Below, in pieces: positions 1-21,900 of a DNA stretch of 64,000 bases. Source of the stretch: Phoronis australis (lineage: Eukaryota; Animalia; Phoronida). Each line of letters starts with the position of its first letter. The stretch's first letter is position 1. The stretch covers positions 733,881 to 797,880 of the forward strand of contig NMRA01000055.1 in assembly GCA_002633005.1 (NCBI GenBank), given 5' to 3'. A program made the position numbers and the translations under genes. Below the pieces are notes generated by a model that ran no database searches, had not been told where the DNA came from, and saw only the letters and a program-made list of their open reading frames with translations.

Positions 1-1467
1 ACTGTGTAGCTGTCATAAAACTACATTTGATGTTCCCATTGTTTGAAAACCTTTGAAAAATGGAAAATGTCAATTTCCGTAATTATTCTTGTGCAAAAGA
101 AGTGGAGAATTGCTGTGGTTTTGAATCAGAGGTTCTATATTTGTGTGTTGATTATTGACTGTCAAATTTTGCTCGGCAGATTTGGAAGAAATTTGTCAGT
201 GAGGTGTATCAGCGGAGATGTTACGGGAATAGGCCGATTTTCAGGCGTATCTGAGCAACGGTTTCAATCCTGTATTTTAGTTGCCCACAAGATACTCTTG
301 GTTAATTTTAACGTTACTTAGACCCTGTCTGGACAAGTTTGTGCATTTATACAAATACCTACACAGGTATTCCTCGTCTGTTTATTTTTGTCAGTATGAC
401 TTGACAAATTTTGAGGCAACTTGATAGTGAGGCATAAGGTTGGGATGCACCAGAAGAAGAGGATTTTCAGTCAAATTTGGCTGCGTTAACTACCCCCCGT
501 TGCACCTTTTAGTGATTCGTTCTTGGTTGTGTATTATTTTCAAGAAGTCTCAACTGATTTTGTTTCAACTCTGCTTAAAATAGTTGGCGACTTTTTAGTG
601 TGTTTCTGATTTCAATACTGTATTCCTTGGGCACGTTTTAAAAAATTGACTAAGCCCGCTTAGACAATTCCAGCCAATTTTAAGACAAAACTTGCGCGAG
701 TTTTTCTTAAGACTGTTTCAAGAAAAAACCTTAAGTTTGGCTTAAGATTTTGACTTAAGTTTTGTCTCAGTTTTGTCTAACTAACTATGTGGGAGTCTCT
801 AAGTTTGGAAGTTGTGACAAATAAAGTCAGTTTCTTGGAATGGGCCCGTTCTCCACAAGTTATTTTCCAATATTTTACTCGAAAAATTACGAAATCTCAA
901 AAGATTTGCCGTCTGCATGAGCTAGTCCATGTCAGTAGGTATCAAGGAAATAATTTTAAATTGCACAATAAAGACGATCTGGGGTATTTCAAGGAAGTAC
1001 TGACATATAATTTACATTAAATTCAGCAACATCAGCTACTGGGCAGTAAAAAAAGGGGTGTCTAATCTTTAGTCTGCCAAGCAGTCGATTTAGTACAATA
1101 AATTATCATCCATATGGTAGAATTTTGCCTAGCTCTTTTTTCAGGCTACTGTCCTTCGTGTCCTTGAGTTTCATAAACGAGTTTTGTACTTGTTTGTCAA
1201 GGGAAGCAGTTCAATGTGTCTATTGCTATACTTGCTGGAGGGAATTTTGTTCTGCTTTAGAAGGAAGCGTCTAGTCTAAAAGAGGGCGTGTTATCTTTCA
1301 TACCTTCACTTCAAGATTATAGATAAGAACCTATTCATTAATCTGGCCCTAAAAACCTTTAACTGTTCTTACCCCATCTGTCAACTACTATTCACTTGTT
1401 CTTTGAACTGGAACTAATACCGATGGCACTTAGACATCAAGTCTGAGGATTTTTTAGTGGGGATAAC

Positions 1468-1644
1468 GTTTAGGATTATGGTGAAAGTTTAGCGGTTTTT
1501 GTTGGTACCATTTAGGATTTTGGTGAAAGTTCACCAGTTTTTGTTGGAGCCTCAAGTTGTCCATTGTCAGTTTTTATAGTCCTGCAACATTGCTGTCTGA
1601 TGGTATTACTGATATACCACGCACATTACTGATATACCACGCAC
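1468..1644 (+). repeat. Two short tandem duplications (42 bp x2 at 1468-1550; 20 bp x2 at 1605-1644)
   Basis: TTTAGGATT.TGGTGAAAGTT..GTTTTTGTTGG occurs twice; ATTACTGATATACCACGCAC occurs twice. Confidence 0.85.
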
Positions 1645-2967
1645 AACTTGAAATTGGTGAAGCATCAATTTCACAGTGTCTACCTTTTGTGATAAGAGAT
1701 TTTCACCTATGCGTTCCAGTTTGGTGAGATCTACCATGTCTGTCCTGCAATATAAAATAATCTTGATTTTATTAATGAACAGAACCCTGCTTTTGGGAAA
1801 ATGGGATTCACTGCGTCAGCTGATATTTCTTACATAATTCACAAATACTAGAAAAATTACACAATAGTTGAAATCGGCACCTTGCAATTATCTGTTGTTA
1901 ATCTATTCACAGATTTGACAGTTGGGCTCTATCTTCTAAACAAAAGTTTGAGCAACTAATGAATACGATTGTCGTAGGGGTACCACTGTGCTTATTGTCC
2001 TCCTCTGAAAAAAACTTGAATGTTGCAAGTGATTCATTGAATTTGTGGTAGTCTGCGCCGCTAGTATCTATTTGATTGTTGTATAGTTGATGGTGGTATT
2101 TTGCCTGTAGGTCTGGTTTTGATGGACATTTAGATTTTTTATTTACCAGTTTGATGTAGGTTGTGGAGCTGTGGTAATTATTCTGTTATTTAGTACACAG
2201 TATATCTGACAAGTGGAATTCTGTTTTGTTAAATTTTTCCATAAAAAGTAAAAATATCGTAAAACAACATTATTTGTTAAAGCTCCCATTATTTTTCATC
2301 CTTGAATTTTCCTAAACATGATGTACATGGCATTGAAGGATTGACCATATTGCACCAATACAGCTTTTTCTTCTTCACACCAGTGACTATCAATTGTGGG
2401 TTCATCCAGGATTTCAACAATAAGGTGCCCTAAATGGGTTTCGCAATTTCTGAGTGCGTCCATGACCTCATGACTACATTTTATGACCTCTAGTCAAATT
2501 GCTTTGATAGTTTGTTACCGTAAACTCGCGGGTCAAGGCCCTGGGTGCTTAAATTGGGAAACCCTGAGACTGGGATGGATGATTACGCAGGCATGGGTGT
2601 TAACCTGGGAGTTTACGGTATGTTACTGTGCCGACATGGCTCTGCAATAAAGTTTTCTGTACCTTACTGTTGATGTGAAATTTCCAAGCCAATTTGTTTA
2701 TTCTGGACAAACCAATGAGCTCATAGCTGCTGCTACCATATAAAGAGACACCCGTGCTTACTTGCTTTATTACGGTACTTGAATGGGTGTCCAAATGCAG
2801 AACAGGGCGTCCTAGTTAGGCCTCTCTCTAGACAAAGGCCTGCTATCAATACGTTGGTACGTTAGATGTTCCGTGGATGTCATCTGCAGGACACCCAATG
2901 GACCGATGCCTTTCGCTTTAGTACAGCGGTTCACGGTGATATTCAGAAAGCTTGATTTTTGTTTCAG

Positions 2968-10672
<7,705 letters not shown>

Positions 10673-10678
<6 letters not shown>

Positions 10679-10785
10679 TGTCCACCAATGTCTATAGATG
10701 GCGTCAGTGGCAAGATAGTGTCCACTGTTGTCTATAGGTGGCGTCATTGGCAAGATAGTGTCGGTGATGTTGTGTAGGTGGCGTC
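10673..10785 (+). repeat. 40-bp degenerate tandem repeat (~3 copies) beginning at the Src42A last codon and stop
   Basis: Units AGATAGTGTCCAC..TCTATAGRTGGCGTCA.TGGCA start at 10673, 10713 and 10753. Confidence 0.85.
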
Positions 10786-12862
10786 TGTGTTGTGATTGTT
10801 TCATCGCTGGAGCACAGACGGCATGGTCGCTGTTCGTTTATCGTTACCATGACTTTGCGGAAAACTGGAGAATGGATCGTGTGAGGGATATGCGGATATT
10901 CTTTTGGTACTGCAAAAAAGTGTATCGGCAATGCTAAGAATCTGTACACCGAGTTGCTGGTCCCAATCTTTGTAATCTGTTTCGTCATCTGGCCACCAAC
11001 ACGCATTGTGTTACAGATTGTGTGTGCGTGTGTGTGCACACTTAAAGACACTTGTAACTGCATTTTTAAAAGGTGCAGGATAATTCGTGGTAAAGAATTA
11101 TGAAATTTGTTTTTTTAAATGTGGCGGGTGAGCGTTGTAATTTTTAGATGATTGTGCTATCGACCAAGTTGAGTTGACTGTATGTATGCTTCTGCCCCGA
11201 GTTTGTCCGGCACAAACTTAATTGATTCCTGATTGAAGGTGTTGGTTTTTCTACCGTGAAATTATTTTTGTCTTTATGTGTGTTACTTTTGGAAGAGTTC
11301 ACTGCATCAAACACATGAGGTGACTGATGGCTTACAATAGTTATCAAAACAGTTCTTCTTTATGTCTAAAATCGGCGACATTTTGAATCAAAAATTTTGT
11401 ATTTAACGAATTATTATTTTCGTCTGGTTCCTTTCTGGGATGTCGCCGTGGTTTCGACAAAGCCAGACGAATTTTGACAGTTTTTGAAAACTGTTGTACT
11501 GCAACTCGGTGTACAGAGTCCCTACATTTGTGACGTAGCGGTCCTTGGTTTTCTGTGCCCATTGCTGTGAAATAATACCTAAATGGTCCAAAAGAGGTCA
11601 GAGTAACTTTTATCCCTACAGTTGGATGGTAACCTTAACCCACTTAGTTGGCGATTGACCCATTTTAATGTTACCAAATCTACAGTATTGTCGTTTTGTT
11701 TGTACTGAAGTATTTTAATCAGAACTCTCTCTTTGCCCGCTTTGGTTAATAATCCATTTGACAGTCTTAAAGCGGCTGGTTCTTATTACTGTGTAAATTC
11801 ATATGTATCCTATCGTGTGAACTGCATGTTTGCTCATATTTCGGAAAGAAGAGTTGATAACACACAGACTGCGCTTCTCATTAACACTGCAATTATTGCT
11901 CAGTGTCGAGATTTCAATGAAGGAAATTTGATGTCCTGGCATTTGGTAAGAGAAGTCAATTCCACTCAATTCCATACAATAGAAGAAACTGGTCTGCATT
12001 CTTACAATTCTCATAATCTGAATGTCTGTGGCTTCAATGAACACTGCAAGATCTCTGATTGTTGGTATGCAGGAGTTAATTGACTTGTTCACAGATTTCG
12101 TGAGATATAGCTGCTTTGATTTGTCATTCATGTTCAGTGTTGGATTAAGTTTTATCAAGGACCCTGAGTTCTACAGATTCTGGGGCCCCAGTAAAGTGAG
12201 CTGCCTAAAGCTGTTCCAACTTGACATGGCCCTTGTCTATACAAGGGAAGTCTTACTTCACGCTTGGCCCCTGATCTGTAGCCTATTTGCCTTAGTGAAT
12301 CATTTGACTGTGTACATAGTAAACTCGGAATTTTCTGTTAATATTTAATTTTAACTAATTTTATTTTTCCTTACTGCACCATTGTCGGTAGTATTGCACT
12401 TGCGAGTTCAAATGATGTTTGATTTCTGGATCAAAAATAGCTATGGCTTTCACGTTTTGAAAGTTTTGTTAAAAGCTACTGCAAACCTACCTTCCGCCAC
12501 AGAAGCCAACTTTTATTTAGAGTGCTTGCCATTGTGAAATTGGTCTTGAAATATTGCTTAGTGTAATTGAGACACAATTTCATGGCTTTAATGGAACCGA
12601 CAGTTAGTTATTCGTAGATACAATGCTCTACATGTTCACTGTTGCAGCAAGTCATCGAGCAATAATCAACTGTCCTTTGCAACCCCATAAAGTTCATCTA
12701 ATATGAGTACCGTAAGGAACAAGTTGAGGCTTATTTGATTGCAGCAAGCGATTCAAGTCAAGTTTGCTTTTTGACAGCTGGTAGAACTGCCAAATCCTTT
12801 GCACAGGTAGAGGGATAGTGTTGCATAATAATCTATTTCAGACTTGTAGATCCATGGGGCTG

Positions 12863-12962
12863 TAGTCGGATGTAACATGCTCACATTTTGAGAACCAGTT
12901 TTCTCCACTTCGTAACTGGTGTCAAACTGGTTCTCAAAATGTGGGCACATTGTATCCGACTA
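12863..12962. mobile_element. ~100-bp hairpin (fold-back) MITE; family copies at ~19927-19985, 26318-26382, 30226-30292 and 57740-57800
   Basis: Arms of ~39 bp: TAGTCGGA..GCTCACATTTTGAGAACCAGTTT and AAACTGGTTCTCAAAATGTGGGC..TCCGACTA. The core TTTGAGAACCAG...CTGGTTCTCAAA, with a similar loop, recurs in five places. Confidence 0.8.
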
Positions 12963-13574
12963 TTCACGATCCATTCAGACAACTTTGATTTCTTTGAGTT
13001 AGTAGAAGTGTAACTTTCTCTGTAATTGAAAGCTTCATTTATGAAAATACCATGATGAAGAAACCAAAACAATATTATATATGGGGGCGGGNATAAAGAG
13101 GCAAATTCTTTAGCAAGATTGTTTCCCGTTTCCAACCGTGTAATTTCAATCGCAACTAAACTGAAGTTTTTTCAGAAAAAGTTCTGTCGGTGACCTGTTC
13201 ATGTGCATGACTGAGTAAAATTTGGATATATTGCAGAGTTGGCATATTTTACAATTTGCCATTATTCAAGAAATCCTAGCATTCGTACGAACCCTGTATT
13301 GGGGAAAAAGCAATGACTTCACTTTGGTCTGTGTAGGTACAACAGTAGAATCCATTTCTTTTTAAACTCTGTTTAGTCCCGCTATGGATACTGTAAAATA
13401 TGTAAACATTGTCTAAGAAAGTAGTGCGTAGCCTGTATTGAAAATGTCTGGTCACACGGTTTGTTCATTGAGTTCAACTTAGCGTACACGAGTGTGCCTT
13501 GACTGTAGTCATTAGCTTTATCCTACCATGTCGAAAATTTAAAAACGTCACTTTAAATAAAGGTCTCTGTCTGG

Positions 13575-13890
13575 TTATGCTCTGCTCAACCCACACTTAG
13601 TTTTCTGTAGTGTCTAAATTAATTTTTAAAAAGTTGATATTGACCCAAAGTTTCATGATGTTATGTTTTCCATACGCATGGTCTGCTTATCCCTTACTCA
13701 TCATTTCTGTAGTTTCTAAATTTATTTTAAAAATTTAGCAGAAATTGACCCAAACAGTTACGCATCATGTTTTCCATGCATGTGATCTGCTTAATCCATT
13801 ATACTCATCGTTTTTGTAGTTTCTAAATTAATTGTAGTAAAAAAGCGAAAATTGACCCATACTGTTACATCACGTTGTGTTTTCCATGCA
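13575..13890 (+). repeat. ~105-bp degenerate tandem repeat x3 downstream of Src42A (probable 3'UTR)
   Basis: Recurring blocks TGTAGT.TCTAAATT, ATTGACCCA, TGTTTTCCAT and TCTGCT.A at ~102-107 bp spacing. Confidence 0.8.
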
Positions 13891-15613
13891 TTAAATGAAA
13901 ATATTTCTGGTCCTGTTTATATTCCCCATCATGAACAACTAAATTACACGCTCTTTTTCTCTTCCAGTGCAAATTCGTATATCTTGATGTTGGCCTCTGC
14001 CCTTTTTGTAGCTCATTTAATTTGTTATTGGTATTCGAGGATCCTAGCACAAGTGCTGGCTGTGAAAACTTGAATTGCTCTGAAGATGCAGAAAAGGCCA
14101 TATTTTGTATTTTATTTGAACTAATTACGTTGATAATAACATACAAGTTTAATTAATGCATTTGGAAAGATTTCTTTTATGAAAGCTCTCCAATTTTCCT
14201 GTTCTCTTGATGCTCTTTAAATCAGAAATTTAAAAAGCTTTTGTTACTTTGTATTTTCTTATGTTGTTACCAAACTGTTCTTCGGATGTTCAAAATTTTC
14301 TATAATCAAGGACCAGTGTAATGGTAAAATTTGTAATTAAAATGTTATTGTAAATATAATATGTATCATGTTCATTAGTTTTGTCTTGTTCAGAAGTAAT
14401 ACGTTTGTGACCAGTTATTTAAAATTGGTTAGGCCTATACACGTACAGCACAAGGTTTTCACAATGTCACAGCCTTTGAGTTATCATTCGTTGCGTTGAC
14501 GCAACAACCTCACCAAAGTGCACTTGCGCAAGACTACAACAATTTAGAACACACTATGGCAGACCAGTTAAGTTCCATTTTCTCATTTTTTTAATAAATT
14601 GAATGCAGTACCAGAATGATGCTTTGCTGTATCCAAATTCTTTACCGTAGCCACTGATGGACAATTTTAATTGAAATTATGTGGACATTCACAATGGTAG
14701 AAGCCCTTGAAAAATGAAATCGAAATTTTGGCAATTTTACCATACAAGCACAGCCTGTGATCACACCAGCTGCCTTCACAACATTCTCGTGTCTACACAG
14801 TCCTGACTTGTACTCTCTATGACCCTTCCTGACCCAGTGACTGAGTACCAAAATCATCCGAATTTCATTAACATTTTTTATTATTATGACAAGGTATTTA
14901 CATTCATAAAATAAAGCGTTATGTATGTAGACTTTGTACAAAATTCTGGATCTATAAGACCAGCAACCATTAAACATTCAAGTGAAACTTAAAACGCATC
15001 TTGCAGGATGTTTATGGTCGTGCCCTAGGAGGCATGAAACATGATAAATACAGGCACCATTGTTGAGTAGATAAACTGCGCTTGGAAACTGACGAACGTA
15101 TCTAAGATCTTGGCAAAATCTGAGTCTCAAGACTAGAACGGCATTTTCAATGAGTATCTAACAAGACCTTACAGCTTCAGATAGGTAAGGGATGCCGCAC
15201 ACTAGAGCTGAGCACTGAGCAAACAGATTCCCAAGTTTAAATGCTCACAGCCAATGCTCCTGCAAATGGTGAGGACTACATGACCCTTAGCACGGTACCA
15301 GTGAGGGGTTTACTCATTACATATCCACGACAGACAAAAGTGGACTTGATTGAGGCGGTTTAAACATCATTTTTATAGGGCTTGGGTGAAGTTAAACTCG
15401 AGAAGCAAGATACGATGTCAACATACGAAGCCCAGCACAAATTCAAACATCAGACAAGGGGTCACATTTGGGGCACTATTGAGCTCGTTTCACGAAAGCT
15501 TGATGGTAACTATGGCAACCATGGCACCATGCGTCACTTAGCAATTGTAGAACTTGAAGTTTAAAGTGAAACTCGTGTTGATATCAGTGCTTCAATGTTA
15601 AAAGAAAAATGAG

Positions 15614-15737
15614 AAGGATCCCAAACAATTGCAGCTGGCATTGGGTGAAGATGGGAACAAAAAAGGCTCCCGACTCATTTCAGCTTACAACAGGTAATGC
15701 CGGGCAAAAAAGGATCCCAATCCATTTCAGCTGGAAT
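15614..15737. repeat. ~48-bp degenerate tandem repeat x3 in the probable THOC1 3'UTR
   Basis: AAGG(A/C)TCCC....ATT(T/G)CAGCT at 15614, 15663 and 15710. Confidence 0.65.
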
Positions 15738-15909
15738 CGCGCGACTTTTCTTTTTCAAAATAAGGCCAACTAAAAATACTCCATCACCACACCAATTCGC
15801 AAAACACAGACCAGAAACAATTAGGCTATTTTTTGGCCTCAGTCTTGCTATGTATGGCCAACCTTCTGATGCCAAACCATGCGATCAACAACTTTCTCTC
15901 ACGTAATCT

Positions 15910-18900
15910 CTAAGATCCATTCAGCTCCCCTAACACATTGTTGGCTACCTCAACCAGTCCTATCTCACTGAGTCCAGCTCGCAGGCTGCTCTCCGTCGCC
16001 TTCTCAGCTTCATTTTCCTGAAAGAAACACATCGACCATAAAGCGAAGACAAACTGGTGACCATTGACACAGTGCTGGATACAGGGATCTCATTTAGGAA
16101 TGGACGATTTAAAATTCACCAGGTGGCATTAGTGTTACAAGTAGAAATGTATGCTCTCGGGTAGTAACATGGAATCGTTAGCTCACAGACACCATGCTGA
16201 TGACTTGCTGTCTGCCCTCAATCTATTCAGAGGCGCCTTTATCCTTTATTCATTAGCATCACGCCGTGTTATCTCCAAACTCCAAATTATTTTTTTACAT
16301 CAAGTCTACTTTTGTGTGAACTCAAGATATAAGTGTCTAGTACTCTGTATATTACAGTTTACGCAGACAACTACAGTCTAGTCCAAATTTGCACCCGATG
16401 AGCCTCAGACTCAAGTGAAAACTCAACTTTTCGAGAAAAAACTTGAAATTTCGAGTTCACACTGGGAATTATATGTAGTTTAATGCTTGCGTCATCAAGT
16501 GCAAACTAGGATAAGACAGTCATCCAGGTATGTTCTGGAGGTCAGGCTAATAGACATTTACCTTGAGTTCCCATGAAAGCAGAACGGAAAACATGAAAAA
16601 TAATTTTGAGTTTTATTTCGAGCAGAAAGACAGACTTCAGGCCCAAGTGAATCCCATAGCTTTTAAATTACAGAGAAATGAGCATTACCTAATCCATTGT
16701 GGGTTCGTAGCGAATTAAAAGAACAATTGTTATTCCTCAACCTTAACTACTGAGGCCAGACATTTTGCACAGTAATGAATAAGGTAGCAAGCTTTGTTGG
16801 AATGACCATAACGGTATCGTCAAGACATCAAACTTGGCATCCCACCACCTAAATTTCATAATGAGATACAACGCAATGACCAACAAGAATTTGTTCTTTG
16901 CAGCTTCCCCTATCGGCAGTGTGCTCATGTGGTTCATTGCGACAAATCCACAACAGGGTGAAAAATTGAGTAAGAAAACAGTAAAAATTTTACTATCCTC
17001 TTTATAAAATACCCCGTTACCTTTCTTTTCTTCACAGCAGGAAACACGTTATTCCCTGCGAGGTGCTAATCAAAAATGATATCTCTAATTGGTAACCTGG
17101 GCGAGGAATTTGTTGGACAAGGTCTCACACGACTACCAGAATTCCTGAATTTATACTGTCTTGTGAACTGTTGATGTACTTGTGAACTTTGAGCACAATA
17201 TCACCTACCCTCCAGATGGTCAACATTTTCTTCGCCTGCTCCGCCGTGTCCGTTGTTTCACTCTCAAAGTACGCGATCTCATCCTCCTTGATGTTCAGTT
17301 CAATGGCCAATTTTCTCCAGTCGGCGCCCAGCAAGGACGACAGACTGACCACTTGGTCAGCGGTGACCACTGGCTCCTGGCTCTCAGCCACTGGCTCAGG
17401 CTCCTCTTCTCGATCTGCAAACATTTTCAAATATGTCATTCGTACATAGTGGATACCTCTAAACATAATCATACATGATCGTATGACGTGACTCTGTAAT
17501 TAGAGGAAAACTCTGAAATGTCGATCCCAAAATGGGCTTGAACCTAATACCACAGTTGGTAATGAACATTCCATAACAAGCATTTAGCCTTTTCACCCAA
17601 GTAAGTGCCCATACACGGTACCCCCCCCCCACACACACACACATAGTAGTTAGGTTTTCATTTCCAAAACTTTTTCTGAGAGTTTTCCATGGTTATAAAT
17701 TTCACTTCTCAAGAGAATTTTTTCCATAATAAAAAGGCATTAATTTATGACAACACTTCAAAGCACGAACTCACAACATGGCTTGTTTAATGAAGGCTAT
17801 TTTACATTCATAAGGGGGGAGGCAATGTGACCTAGTGGGTTGAGAGTTTGCCTCCTGTTCACAAGGGTGTAGGTTCAAATCTCACTTTACCCAACTGCTA
17901 AACCCTGTAGTCAGGTCTATAGCTCCTCAGCTTGATCTTAATTAATTTTGTGTACATGTCTATATGTGTTATGTGGTTTTATTAATAAAAGAAACATGGT
18001 TTCAGGTGTTTGGTGCCATGGGCCTGGCTGAGTGACCTGGGTACGATTGATGCAATGTGCATCAGACCACCCTCACTATCTTTTTCAATACTAGATACAT
18101 GGGCGAAGTAAGAGCTACTTTAAAGGGCCCCATACTTTACATTTAGTAAGTCGACAACATGTTTCAATAGAACTGGCCCAATTCCTCCAATAGGTGACTC
18201 TGCTTACCTTCCTGTTTACTAATTTCCAACTCTTCCTCGTTATTCTCCTTTTCAGCATCCTCATCCTCCTGCTCGGCGTTCTTTGTCTCACCACCAGGGG
18301 GCTGCAACATCACAATGACCAACAAGTGAGCGGCAGCATGAAACACAACTGTCGTTTCAGACAATTTTGAATAAAATCAAATGAAATTTCTAGACGGCCA
18401 TGACATTGATTAGAATTCAATACTAAGAGCAGCAGTCAGAAAACAATTACTGCCCGTGGACAAAAAGAGTGTTCTGTAGACCTAAATTCTTACGAAAAAA
18501 GCAAGATCTCACAAGATGTCACAAAATCACGCGAGAGAAAAGCAAGTGTTACGAAAGTACGGTCAGAAGTTACTAGCAAAATGGTGGTAATTAAAGAGAT
18601 TTTTTTCAGTGCAGTTGAGATGTTGTATAATTCATGAATTATGAGATTGAATTCACTGTTTCCATTCCATAAACGAAGATTTTCCGAGCTAATGTCTTGT
18701 TGTCTTCGAAACTGAACCTGATGTGGTCAATGATCACAGGCCAGAGGATTCATCAGTCAAGCCATCGTATCACAAGTTTCTAATCCTACCATCATGTCTC
18801 ATGATTGGCCATCATGTCTGAAATCCAGCCAACATCTTTTTTCAGTGTAGGCACAAGGCTTGAGAATGTTGGCATAACGTTTGTATGTAGTACTGTGGCC

Positions 18901-21900
18901 AAAGTATCATCCAGAGTCCGAAGACTGAAGTGTTTTGACACCCTATATCAGTTACACTGCGTCATCATCACTCATGCTACTTACTGGGAAGTCCTTGGCA
19001 ACCTTCTTGACCATTGTCTCCAGGTAGGTGTTTAGTTTCTTGGCTGGTTGGCTAGTTTGAGCGAAGAAATGGGGACTGCTACGAGCAAGGAGGCGTAGGG
19101 CGCGCCACTGGTAGTTGGTCTCATTCACCAGTCTGGAGATAGTGACGTGAAGAGATTACCATTCTGGACCGGTGTGATGGTACACGTCCGACATCATTTC
19201 AAATATGAGACAAACGAAGTTACTGTGACTCCTGCTGATACTAGTTACATTTTCAAAATCACACGTCGAGTTGATAATTATGTGGCAATTAGCTGAGTAA
19301 AAAAAGCTATGCTAAAGAATGCCTCACATTCTAATCAGTGACACAAAGCCTAATAGCTGGGCTGAGTAAAGTGCACCAAGTACTGTCGGGATTGTGCCTA
19401 TTTAGCCGATTTTGACACCAAAAAGAGAATGTGCCTTTCAAAGTGTATGAAACGGCTGTGAGAAAGCTTGAATAAACAGAAGTCAGTGTAGTTTTTAATA
19501 CCCCTCACTTAAATGGAACTGTATTGCCAACCGACTTAAAGGCTGGTGGACTGACACAGTAATATCTACTGTAGACACGGTTTTATCCTCCAGCATTGAG
19601 CTGAGGGTTGACCATTTAATGTTAAGTCTCACTTGTACTCTTCTTCAATCATCTGTTTGGGGTCTGCTTGAACAATGGCCTCTTCAAAGAACTTATCTAG
19701 TGCTGGTAGGAATACACTGAAAAGGAGTGTTGAGGGTGATGAGACACTGCTCAAAGCAAATAACATGTTATTCAAGACAATAAAATAACTACGGAAAGGT
19801 ATATATTATGCAACTCAGATAACACAAGCAAACGACCAGACTGAGTAATCTGAAAATAGCACATTTTCATTTTTTTCTAAGCTAAACAAACATATTTAAG
19901 ATATTTAAGTTATTTTTACAGGGGTACCAGATTTTGAGAATCAGGCCGATGCCCCATATTGAGGAGATAACCGGTTCTCAAAATGCAAGGAAATTGCAAG
20001 AGACTTTTACCGGCTTGGCACCTTAGATCAAGTTTCAAAAAACAACTAGAGTTTGGTTTCAACTCGTGGCGGTCGACAGCCAACCCATTTTGGCTGGCAT
20101 CAGATGACTTTCTTGGAAGTTAAGAAAACTAAAAAATACCTCATCAATTTTCAGAAAATCCAGAGACCAGAACCATGCTTTTTTGGTCTCATCAATCAAG
20201 CTTCAAGAGCAATCTTTGTTTTAGTCATAAGGCGCTGCCCTGTATTTACATTCTGCAACTGAAATACTGCTGATGAATGTATTTTTAAAAGAGCAAAGAT
20301 CTAGCAATGGAAGAGCACCAAAGTTCATAGGAAATAAGACTGATCGAGCAGAAAAAAGAGCTTTACCGTTTCTGAATTTTACACGCTTCCAAATTGTCTG
20401 GACACAGGTTCCACAGTCTTGTCAGTTCAGCGCTGCCCATCTTGATCAGTTTGTGTCCACATGCCTTGATGTCAACCTCCATGCTTCGCTTGCGCCCCCT
20501 GGCAAAATAAAATGCCAATTTAAAGGGACATAGTTGGCTTGAATCATGATTGTCAGAGATCAATCTTAGTGCGCAATCAAACATGCAACCTCCGCGGTCA
20601 CAGTCTAACACCCTGCTAACAAAGCAAAATACAAGCAAATAAAGGGCAGAATATTTTAAGGTTACTTTCTGTTGAAGACAATGGGATTCCCCGGCATTTG
20701 CAAAAAAATCTTCACAATCATCTATGATTTGTGCCAAAACGTCCAAGGTCATATCATGTTCACGATCACAGAAATCGTGTTCCATGTTTGTCAACTGGGC
20801 TCCAGAATTGGAAATAAAGTACAAGCCAAAAGTATTCATACAAAATGACCTGGAAGTCCATGCATGACTTCTGTGTGGAAGCTGAATTCATCGCCAGAGT
20901 AGTCTCCCCTCATAACAGATAAAGAAGGGCAATTACCAGTAGAGTTATGTGAGCAAGTCATTCTGTTATTAGAATTTTTCCGCCCCCGTATTCAATACCA
21001 GTCATTTTTGCTGTTTAAAGAATTAGCCATTATGACACAAAAATGATTTGTCCGATTACTATTGTCTTATACTGTAGGGTCAAGCCAAAGTTGCTTCCCT
21101 TCCCTCACGAGGCAAGACCACGAAAACCCAACATGTACACTAGCTGTTTGCACTTATAAACTTGTTGTATCTCTGTAAGCACGAATCATTGTCTCCGTAT
21201 TGTTCTTGCAGTAGACACAGGGTACTTGGTACAAAAACTTGGGCAACTCATAACACTGTTTGTATAATTTGCTGTTTTTGAGACATCCTGAATTACTTTT
21301 GGCTCTTTTGTCCACGTGTTAACTCAAGAGTGACGCAGTAACAACACACCTGGCTAGTTGTCGCTGGCAGGTAGATGGCGCCTTCTCCCGCACGTAACTC
21401 GGACATCCATCATTCTTCCACTGATTCCAGCTCTCCTCTCGACTTAAGATATGCTATAAAAATAGTAAAGTTCTGGGCTCTGTTTCATGATAAGTGACTT
21501 AAGATGTCAGACAGAAGTTTGGTCTTACGCTCCACATAACTATTTCAGAAAAATAGTTAAATCTCACTTGAGCAAAACTGCCGTCTCTGAGAATATACAC
21601 ACAACTGCTAAGTAATTGAGATAATTTCCATAAAATATTCTTAGACTGTGTTGCGCTCATAATTACTTGCCTAAACATTAATTCAATAATCGTGAAATGG
21701 GAGCGTAACACTAAATTTTTGTCTTTTGTCTTCAGTCATTTTCATGAAATGGACCCAAACAACAAGAAATAATTTCATTACAATTTATCTAACTTCACAA
21801 CAGGTGAAAACTGTGAAGGAAATCGACAGATAGTTAAATGTAAATCACTAATTAGTTGAAAACGATTACTGTGAAAGTCTGTTGACTATTCCACGAGATG

